NCBI GenBank assembly: GCA_034428575.1
Contig: DAOUHP010000114.1
Span: forward strand, 1 to 56,959
Source of the DNA: Dehalococcoidia bacterium
GTDB taxonomy: Bacteria > Chloroflexota > Dehalococcoidia > Lucifugimonadales > Australimonadaceae
Direction of reading: 5' to 3'
DNA length: 56,959 nucleotides
In this document: one piece after another, positions 47,020-54,096 of the stretch
How the letters are laid out: each line of letters starts with the position of its first letter
How positions within the stretch are numbered: the stretch's first letter is position 1
Program-made: the position numbers and the translations under genes
The notes under the pieces: generated by a model
Databases searched by the model: none
Seen by the model: the letters and a program-made list of their open reading frames with translations, nothing else
Told to the model about the DNA's origin: nothing

Positions 47020-47655
47020 ATGAACGATTTGATACGCAAACGCGCCCTGCTGGCGATCGCCGCGATGGCGGCGGCGCTTGCGCTCACCGCGTGCGGCGGC
47101 GGTGACGAGCCGTCCGAGCCCGGCTCGTCGGGCTCCGTCGCGCTCGAGGTGCCGGACATCGAGATCAGCGCCTACCAGGGGCAGGACGCGCTCGGCGGCG
47201 ACACCGCAACGCTTTCGACCGTGCTCGGCCAGGGCAAGCCCGTGGTGCTGAACTTCTGGGCCGCCCTCTGCCCGCCATGCCGGGCCGAGATACCGGAGTT
47301 CGAGCGCGTTCACGAGGAGCGCGGCGATCAGGTCACGATACTCGGCATCGACATCGGCCCGCAGCAGCTGCTCGGCACGCGCGAGGAAGGACAGGCGCTC
47401 CTGGCGGAGCTCGGCGTCACCTACGCCGCCGGCACCACGTTCGACGACACCGTCGTGCGCGGCTTCGAGATCTTTGGCATGCCGACGACGTTCTTCATCG
47501 CGGCGGACGGCACCGTCGTGCGGAAGTGGGGCGGCATCCTCGACGAGGCGAAGCTGAACGAGCTCGTCGACGAACTCGTGGGCGACGCGCCCGTCGCCGG
47601 ACTGGCGTCGGATGAGGCCAGCGCTTCGGGCCAGCCCGACGACGAGTTCATCTGA
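47020..47655 (+). CDS. TlpA/ResA-like thiol:disulfide oxidoreductase lipoprotein
   Basis: Lipobox LTAC and thioredoxin motif WAALCPPCRAE. Confidence 0.85.
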   Translation: MNDLIRKRALLAIAAMAAALALTACGGGDEPSEPGSSGSVALEVPDIEISAYQGQDALGGDTATLSTVLGQGKPVVLNFWAALCPPCRAEIPEFERVHEERGDQVTILGIDIGPQQLLGTREEGQALLAELGVTYAAGTTFDDTVVRGFEIFGMPTTFFIAADGTVVRKWGGILDEAKLNELVDELVGDAPVAGLASDEASASGQPDDEFI

Positions 47656-47699
47656 CCGTTCACCGAAGCGGCCGGGGCGCCGCTGCAGGAGACGTAGCC

Positions 47700-48755
47700 A
47701 TGAGCGACATGCCCGCCGCTGACGGCGACGGCCACGTGCTGGAGAACGCGAAGCGGATCGCCGAACTGCTGGACGAGCCGTACCGGAGCCACCGCGTCGG
47801 CAGCAACACCTCACCGGATGTCATGCCCATCGAACCGCTCACGCCGCTGGACGGCATGCCGCGCAGTCTGGGCGGAAGCCGCGTCGGCGGGCGCGCCTAC
47901 AGCGCGGAGGACTGGCTCGCCGCGCTGGACCGCGGCCCGCTCGAGTGGTCGGCGGTCTATCCCACGCTCGGGCTCTACGCGGGCTACGTGAAGGACCCCG
48001 CCTACCAGGCCTCCCTCTGCCGCGCCTACAACGACTGGCTCGCCGAGACGTTCTACCCCCGCGCCGGCGGACGCATACTCGGCGTCGCCCTGCTCCCTAC
48101 GCTTGACCCGGACGCGGCAGCGGCAGAGCTCCACCGCGCAGCCGGACTCGGCCACGCCGGCGTCATGTTCCCGGCGGACGGCACACACCTCCTCGGCAAC
48201 GCCCGCTACGACGTCGTCTATGAGGCCGCTCGCGAGGAACGGCTCCCCGTCGCGGTGCATGCCTCCGGCTCGCCGTTCGCACCCGGCGCGGAGATCTTCC
48301 CCACGTTCATCCAGGCGCACTCCGTCGCCAATCCATACGGCATCATCCGGCACTTCACGAGCATGATGTTCGAAGGCGTCTTCGAGCGCTTCCCGGAGGT
48401 CAACTTCGGGTTCCTCGAAGCAGGCGCGACGTGGCTCCCCTGGTGGCTCGACCGCATGGACGAGGAGTACGAATCCCGCGGCGAGGCGGAGGCCCCGCTC
48501 CTGACGCGCCCGCCGAGCACGTTCGTCCACAAGGGCGGCAACGTTTTCGTCGGCTGCGAGCCGAACGAGCGCATGCTCGGGCAGGTGCTCGACCTCGTCG
48601 GCGACGACGTGGTGATGTACGCGTCGGACTACCCGCACTGGGACTCTGACTACCCCGGCTCGCTGCAGTACATGCGCACCCGCGAGGACCTCACCGACGC
48701 CCAGCGGCGCGGCGTCCTCTACGAGGCCGCCAACCGCTTCTACTATCGCCGTTAG
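47700..48755 (+). CDS. Amidohydrolase-2 (ACMSD-like) family metal-dependent hydrolase
   Basis: C-terminal YASDYPHWDSDYP motif and internal VAVHAS. AGGAG SD. Confidence 0.85.
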   Translation: MSDMPAADGDGHVLENAKRIAELLDEPYRSHRVGSNTSPDVMPIEPLTPLDGMPRSLGGSRVGGRAYSAEDWLAALDRGPLEWSAVYPTLGLYAGYVKDPAYQASLCRAYNDWLAETFYPRAGGRILGVALLPTLDPDAAAAELHRAAGLGHAGVMFPADGTHLLGNARYDVVYEAAREERLPVAVHASGSPFAPGAEIFPTFIQAHSVANPYGIIRHFTSMMFEGVFERFPEVNFGFLEAGATWLPWWLDRMDEEYESRGEAEAPLLTRPPSTFVHKGGNVFVGCEPNERMLGQVLDLVGDDVVMYASDYPHWDSDYPGSLQYMRTREDLTDAQRRGVLYEAANRFYYRR

Positions 48756-48823
48756 CCTGGAGAGGGGCGGGCCGTCGAAGCGGCGAGAGTCAAGCCATCG
48801 AACCGCGGGGGAGGGACAGGTCC

Positions 48824-49000
48824 ATGTTGCGTCACGGTTTGTGGCATCTGGTTTTCGGCTTGTTGCTTCTCTTTATCGTCTCGACTGCGCTTCTCTGGTC
48901 CCAGATCGCAACATGGGAAGGGCTGCTGGTACTCGTGACCGGGGTCCCGCTGTGGGTGGTGGCCTACGGGTGGTGGTATGAACGCTGCCGGCGCCGATAG
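48824..49000 (+). CDS. 58-aa membrane protein with two predicted TM helices
   Basis: Not in the track (under 60 aa). ATG with a GGGGGAGGG SD upstream. MLRHGLWHLVFGLLLLFIVSTALLW...LLVLVTGVPLWVVAYGWW, then basic RCRRR. Confidence 0.45.
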   Translation: MLRHGLWHLVFGLLLLFIVSTALLWSQIATWEGLLVLVTGVPLWVVAYGWWYERCRRR

Positions 49001-49035
49001 CAGTAGTGGCCAGGCGATGACGGGGACCTCGCCGG

Positions 49036-49467
49036 CTACGCTCCTGCCTCGAACTTCTCCAACGCCCATCGTGCCTTCTCTCGCGGGACGACGCACCGGG
49101 CCGCGAGCCTGACCTCGCCTGCGCCCGTCATCGACCGCGGCGGCAGCAACAGCCCGGCGGCGAACTCCTCCGCCTGCCGTTCCGCCTTCACGCGGTTCAC
49201 CCACTGCCACGACGCCAGGTAGAGGCTCGTGCCCGTGTGCAGCGCCTGATGACCGATGGCATGCGCGGTCAGCCACCGTTGCCAGCTCTCCGGCAGCGAC
49301 TCGTCGATCCCTATCGCGCCCTCGAAGATCACCTCGCGCAGTCGACCACGGAAGCGCCACGGCACGACCTCGAGTCCCAGGCTCCGCAGCACCGGGTCCA
49401 GGTCGCCGCCCGGTTGCATAGCGTGGTGCTCTGCAAGATCGCGTCCCATCCGGAATGCGCGCATCAC
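49036..49467 (-). CDS. ImmA/IrrE-like (DUF955) protein with a degenerate zinc motif
   Basis: Context (XRE gene upstream) and the LTAHAIGHQALH segment, where the family has HExxH. AEEFAAGLLLP matches the family's conserved downstream segment. Confidence 0.6.
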   Translation of the reverse strand: MMRAFRMGRDLAEHHAMQPGGDLDPVLRSLGLEVVPWRFRGRLREVIFEGAIGIDESLPESWQRWLTAHAIGHQALHTGTSLYLASWQWVNRVKAERQAEEFAAGLLLPPRSMTGAGEVRLAARCVVPREKARWALEKFEAGA

Positions 49468-49612
49468 GACTCCTCCTGTGCGTGGGGGATACGCCCATTC
49501 TCGCCGCCTGACTCCCCACGGCGCGAGGGGCGTATGTCAGCACTTCCATGCCATTCCGGGAGAAGCGCAGCGGCGTCGAGAGGCCGCTCGCCCGGGATGT
49601 GAGTGAGAGGTC

Positions 49613-49705
49613 TATCCCCTCTCCTGAGACCTTGCGTAACTGGCGAGGGGTGGTGTTACCGCCCGCTCCCTCTCCCGATGGCGGCGAGGGTTGGCGGGGC
49701 GAGGG
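49613..49705 (+). repeat. Degenerate REP-like units between the ImmA-like and XRE genes
   Basis: cccctctcctgag...gcgagggg and gctccctctcccgatggcggcgagggttggcggggcgaggg resemble the 2070-2467 family. Confidence 0.6.
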
Positions 49706-49791
49706 ACATGCGATGCCTGTGGAGGGGTCCCTGCGAGGGGACGGCGTCGCTGCCGGGCAGCGGGATTGAGGGCCGCCCGGCAAGAGCGGGC

Positions 49792-50163
49792 CTACGTCAG
49801 AGGACGCGGCTTCCGCTTGCTCCGCACATAGCGCGCGAAGTCCCGCACCTGCTCCCACTCGTCCGAGTCGAGGTCTCCCACCTCGTAGAGCCGAGCGAGG
49901 TCCGATTCCTTGATCGGTGTCTCGTACTCTTCCTCGTTCAAGTGCCCCGCGAGCACGAGCAGACGCCCCAGCGGAACGCCCATCGCCTCGGCGACCTTCC
50001 GCAGTGTCGAGGGCGTCGGCACCGTCCCATGATTGAAGAGCACGCTGAGAGAGGCGTGAGGCACCCCCGCGCGGCGCGCGAGCGCCAACTGCGAGACTTC
50101 CCGCTCTGTGAGCCATCGCCTGATGTATGCGGCGAGCGTGTCGCCCGGCTGTACCGTTGTCAT
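49792..50163 (-). CDS. XRE-family HTH transcriptional regulator
   Basis: HTH VSQLALARRAGVPHASLSVLFNH. Start set to ATG 50163 (MTTVQPGD). A TATAAT box ends 6 nt upstream, so the transcript is probably leaderless. Confidence 0.75.
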   Translation of the reverse strand: MTTVQPGDTLAAYIRRWLTEREVSQLALARRAGVPHASLSVLFNHGTVPTPSTLRKVAEAMGVPLGRLLVLAGHLNEEEYETPIKESDLARLYEVGDLDSDEWEQVRDFARYVRSKRKPRPLT

Positions 50164-50379
50164 GCTGAGATTATAGAGCAAACGCAGCGCCGCGCACGCC
50201 GGGATCAGTCTCCGACAGAGCGTCTCCTGAGTTATTCGCTAGTGGAGAGGCATGGACACGTCCCAGCGGTGCGCCGTTTTGGTGACACCGCCCTGTTGCG
50301 CCGCCCGCATATCTGCCGTCATCATGTCATGCAACAGACGTTTCCATGACGCCAGAGCGTCAGGCGAAGGAGAGTGACG

Positions 50380-50595
50380 ATGGCAGAGCCGGTTGTCCAC
50401 GAGCAGGTGCGTTGTCCGCGTTGCGCAGCACGGGGGATGCGCGAGTTGACCAGTCTCCCGGAGGAGGGACACCCGATCTTCATGTGCCCGTTCTGCAGGC
50501 ACACCTGGTGCGAACAGGGGCGTGTCCACGCGTCCTGCTCCGCGCCGCCGCGTTCCATCGGCGCACAGCCCGCATCCTTCTCGGTGCGGCGGTAG
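50380..50595 (+). CDS. Small zinc-ribbon protein (CPRC...CPFC)
   Basis: AAGGAG SD 7 nt upstream of ATG 50380. Divergent from the XRE gene. Confidence 0.55.
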   Translation: MAEPVVHEQVRCPRCAARGMRELTSLPEEGHPIFMCPFCRHTWCEQGRVHASCSAPPRSIGAQPASFSVRR

Positions 50596-50605
50596 GGGGT
50601 GCCCC

Positions 50606-50779
50606 ATGAAGAGAGCACTGTCGGAACTGGGCGTCCTGTTCGCAGCGCTGGGCGTATTGCCGCTCGGCCCCCTGTTCGCCGCCAGCCACGCCGAGCTCCC
50701 GTGGGAGGCGCTTGCCCTCGCCGCCGCGTGGGCGCTCAGCTGGTACGTCTGGCTCGCCTCGCGCATCCGGCGGGAGTGA
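50606..50779 (+). CDS. 57-aa membrane protein with two predicted TM helices
   Basis: In-frame part of ORF 50522..50779. ATG 50606 lies 10 nt after the zinc-ribbon stop, with an AGGGGG SD. Confidence 0.4.
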   Translation: MKRALSELGVLFAALGVLPLGPLFAASHAELPWEALALAAAWALSWYVWLASRIRRE

Positions 50780-50897
50780 GCGGCTATGCCCACGTCGCAT
50801 ACCATCATTCCAGCACAGCGACGAGCACGGCTCCTTGACCGGCGAGCGGGGCGCTGCTAGCCTGTGCCGGAAGTCCGTACCCGGAAGGAGCAGACGA

Positions 50898-51311
50898 ATG
50901 ACGAACACCATCCCCAACGCTGGCGCGGTAGGCACGGAGACCGGCGAGCCCGCCATCATCGTCACCGAACTCGCGGCGGAGAAGCTGGCAGAGGTACTGG
51001 CCGAGGAAGGGCAGCCCGGCGCTGCGCTGCGTGTCATCGTCGTCCCCAACGGACACGGAGCGCAGTACATGCTCTCGCTCGAGGACACACCCGCCGAGGA
51101 CGACCTCGTGCTCTACGAGTCCGGCATCCGCGTGATCGCGGACGAGGACAGCGCCCCGCTTCTCCACGGCGCGTCCATCGACTACTCGGAGGGGCTGATG
51201 CGCAGCGGGTTCGTTATCGAGAACCCGAACATCGCCACCAGCCAGGGCTGCGGCTGTGGGAGTGGCGGTTGCGGCTGCGGTTCCGGCGGCTGCGGGTGCG
51301 GCGGCCACTAG
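50898..51311 (+). CDS. HesB/IscA-family iron-sulfur cluster insertion protein with a triplicated Cys-Gly tail
   Basis: LRVIVVPNGHGAQYMLSL and IDYSEGLMRSGFVIENPN match IscA/ErpA. The C-terminus is (GCGCGSG)x2 followed by GCGCGGH. GGAAGGAG SD. Confidence 0.85.
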   Translation: MTNTIPNAGAVGTETGEPAIIVTELAAEKLAEVLAEEGQPGAALRVIVVPNGHGAQYMLSLEDTPAEDDLVLYESGIRVIADEDSAPLLHGASIDYSEGLMRSGFVIENPNIATSQGCGCGSGGCGCGSGGCGCGGH

Positions 51312-51338
51312 ACCTCCTCCGTCGACCAGGAACAATAA

Positions 51339-51365
51339 GAGGCGCCCCGGCTTGGCCGGGGCGCC
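51339..51365. terminator. GC hairpin between convergent genes
   Basis: aggcgccccggc-ttg-gccggggcgcct, a 12-bp stem. Confidence 0.5.
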
Positions 51366-51398
51366 TTCACGTTCCGTACATCGTCTCGTCAGCGGCGG

Positions 51399-53966
51399 TC
51401 AGTCCAGCGACCACACCGCGAACTCTGCATAGCCGACCGCCTGCCCCGGAGTCCGGGTCTCTTCGGAGAAACCGGATGCGACAGCGACGCCTCCGTCCGC
51501 CTCACCCTCGCCCAACTCCAGCTCCTGCACAAGGATGCCGTTCACGTAGAACAGGCCCAAGTTGCCGATCGCCAGCAGCACCAGGATGTTCTGCTGGCCC
51601 GCCACTGTACTCAACCGAAGGGCGCCGGACCTCGTGAACGCGGAGGGTCTCTCGCCCGTGCTCAGCAGGTGGTTCCACTGACGATCGCTGGCGACGTAGA
51701 CCCCCTGGAAGTTGTTCGGCCCCGCGTCCCTGAAAACAAACCCGTAGTCCCACCGTTCCCCGTCGGCTGTATCCGGGTTCGTAACCGTCACCGTCGCGAC
51801 GAAGTCGACCGCGTTCAGCCGGGTAGAAGACACCTCGATGAGTCCGTCCGCCGTATGCTCCAACACGCCGGAACCGCCGCCGAGGGCCTCCGGCTCGGAG
51901 ACTGTGAACTCCCTGAATCGGGTCGACTGCCCGGGTACCTCGTTCTCGGTGCGGTAGCCCGTTATCACGGCAACGTCCCCCCTGATCGGGCCGTCAGTCA
52001 GGTCCAACGTCCCCGTTATATGACCATTGAGGAAGAGCCAGCCCCGGCCGCCGATGGCGATGAGTTGCAGCGTGTTCATCCCGCCGGAGTCTGGCCACAG
52101 GCTGGACGCCCTCCCGCTGTCCACCAGCCGTCCCTCTCCCGCTCCGTCGCGCACGTAGTGGAACCACATGGGGGCGCTGTCGTTCCGGTTCTCGACGACG
52201 ACCGCGTGGTAGTTGAACTGACCGGCGTCCCGGAACAGGAACCCGTAGTCCCAGCCGCTCAACACGGCGGGGTACGGGTTGTTGAACGTCGCAGTGGCGA
52301 TGAAGTCACTGCGGGATACCCCCGCCCGGTACTCCTCGATGAACTCGTCGTCGTCATGGGCGAGGTCTCCGTCCACCGGCCCGAAGGGTCCGGGCGAGTC
52401 CGTCTGCGGCGCACGCGGCCCCGTGGGGTCTTCCACGCGAGCGCCCGCCTTCAGCGCAGGCAACGCAGACAGTACCGTCTCCGACGCTACCGCGAAGCCG
52501 ACTCCCTCTACTGTCACACCCGTGTCCGAGTCCCGGACAACGAAAGCAGTGATGCCGGCGACCTTCCCGTCCGCCGTGAACAGCGCTCCGCCGCTGTTGC
52601 CCACGTTCAGTGGCGCGTCCGTCTGGATCTCCCATCGCTCCAGTGCGGTGCTGTAGCTCACGTTGGAGACGATGCCGCTGGTCAGCACCGCCGAGTCGCT
52701 GTCCAGTGGGTAACCCAGCGCAAACGCGTCCGCTCCCTGCGCCGGACGGGTTTCGCTCAGCATGGCGGGCTGGAAGGACTCGGAGCAGCACACGCTCAGC
52801 GCGGCGAGATCCTTGGCCGCGTCCAATCCCAGCACTGCCGCTCCGTACGACCTCCCACCGTCGGTCAACACGCGAATCTCACCCGGATCATCGCCCAGGA
52901 CATGATCGTTCGTTATCACCACCGCCTTGCCCAACGCGTCCACCTCCACGATAACGCCGGAGCCGATGGCTGAACTCGTACTGACCTTCACGACGCTCGG
53001 GCGCACGAGTGCGGTGAGCGCAACGAGGTCAACGGGCTCTGCGGTGGGCGTGGGAGTGTCCTGCGGAACCGGGGTCGCAGTCGGTGCGGCGATCGGTGTC
53101 GCGGTCGGGGGCGGCGTCGCGGTCGGCGGGGCTGTGGGCGTTGGGGTTGGCATGACTGTCGGAGTTGCGGTTGGCCGCACGGGAGTCGGCGTGACAGTAG
53201 GTGTAGCAGTCGGAGTAGGGGTAGCCTCCGGGGTTGGGGTCGGCTGCGGAGGTTCATCGCCGATGCCGAGGAAGCCGACTGCGGCGGCGGCGGCCGCCGC
53301 CGCGACCGCCCCTATGACAAGGAGGGCCGTGACAATGCGGCAACACCTGCGGAAAGAACCACCGCCGCCGGCATCGAAGCCACCGCCGCCACCATCACCC
53401 GTACCTCCGCCTCCCCTTCGAATCCCCAACGCTTGAAGACGGGCCTCCTCGAACGCTCTCGCGCGCGCGATGTCTTCCCGCCGCCGCCGGTTCATCGCCT
53501 CCACTTCCGGCTGGCTGCGCGCGACCTGTTCGATCTCCCGCCGCATCTCCGAGCGGCGGCGGTATTCGGCAAGCTGCTCGGCTTCTATCCGCCGGCGTTC
53601 GCTGGAGAAAGTCTCTTCGTCCAGATAACCGGACCCGGCGCATAGCGCGCAGGGCTCCAGTCCACCGCCTGAGCGTGCCGACGTCACCTGTCCGCTGCCA
53701 TCGCAGATGCCACAGACGCCGCCGTCCACGAACCGCACCTCATGATCGCGGCGTTGGCGTTCCACCAGGTGCCTGCCGCAGAGCGGGTCCATCCGCCGGA
53801 TGGCGTACCCTGCCGCGAACTCCTCGCACTCCGGTTCGACGCAGTGGGCCCGTTCGCCGCTGTGGGCATGGGCCGCCCAGAGCGGAGGCGGAAACTCCCT
53901 CCGGCATTGGCGGCAGGTGATGGTTGGCATTCCGCCTGATGTCATGCTAGGTCGCGTCTCCGGCAT
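51399..53966 (-). CDS. Membrane-anchored multidomain protease: cytoplasmic Zn-ribbon plus DnaJ-type CxxCxGxG fingers, coiled coil, TM, PT linker, trypsin-like (S1) domain, two ConA/LamG-like modules
   Basis: CRQC..., CGICDGSG / CALCAGSG. Candidate triad TNDHVLG, KDLAAL, GNSGGALF. Two homologous ~140-aa C-terminal modules (DFIATATF...WDYGFLFRDAG and DFVATVTV...WDYGFVFRDAG). Confidence 0.85.
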   Translation of the reverse strand: MPETRPSMTSGGMPTITCRQCRREFPPPLWAAHAHSGERAHCVEPECEEFAAGYAIRRMDPLCGRHLVERQRRDHEVRFVDGGVCGICDGSGQVTSARSGGGLEPCALCAGSGYLDEETFSSERRRIEAEQLAEYRRRSEMRREIEQVARSQPEVEAMNRRRREDIARARAFEEARLQALGIRRGGGGTGDGGGGGFDAGGGGSFRRCCRIVTALLVIGAVAAAAAAAAVGFLGIGDEPPQPTPTPEATPTPTATPTVTPTPVRPTATPTVMPTPTPTAPPTATPPPTATPIAAPTATPVPQDTPTPTAEPVDLVALTALVRPSVVKVSTSSAIGSGVIVEVDALGKAVVITNDHVLGDDPGEIRVLTDGGRSYGAAVLGLDAAKDLAALSVCCSESFQPAMLSETRPAQGADAFALGYPLDSDSAVLTSGIVSNVSYSTALERWEIQTDAPLNVGNSGGALFTADGKVAGITAFVVRDSDTGVTVEGVGFAVASETVLSALPALKAGARVEDPTGPRAPQTDSPGPFGPVDGDLAHDDDEFIEEYRAGVSRSDFIATATFNNPYPAVLSGWDYGFLFRDAGQFNYHAVVVENRNDSAPMWFHYVRDGAGEGRLVDSGRASSLWPDSGGMNTLQLIAIGGRGWLFLNGHITGTLDLTDGPIRGDVAVITGYRTENEVPGQSTRFREFTVSEPEALGGGSGVLEHTADGLIEVSSTRLNAVDFVATVTVTNPDTADGERWDYGFVFRDAGPNNFQGVYVASDRQWNHLLSTGERPSAFTRSGALRLSTVAGQQNILVLLAIGNLGLFYVNGILVQELELGEGEADGGVAVASGFSEETRTPGQAVGYAEFAVWSLD

Positions 53967-54096
53967 CCAGGGCGCGTGCCACAGGATTCAAGGTACATAA
54001 GCCTACCACGCCCCCGCCGCCTCCCGCCGGGGGTTCGGCTAGCATCCTTTGGCGTACCTCTAGCGCTCAGGTTGGGTTACGGCTCTTCCGTTCCTC

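Noticed and set aside
48752-50116. 454-aa minus-strand ORF
   Set aside because: It runs out of frame through the ImmA-like and XRE genes and the repeat-filled spacer. The product is Arg/Gly/Ala-rich.
51669-52973. 434-aa plus-strand ORF
   Set aside because: It is antisense to the S1 protease / lectin-like region.
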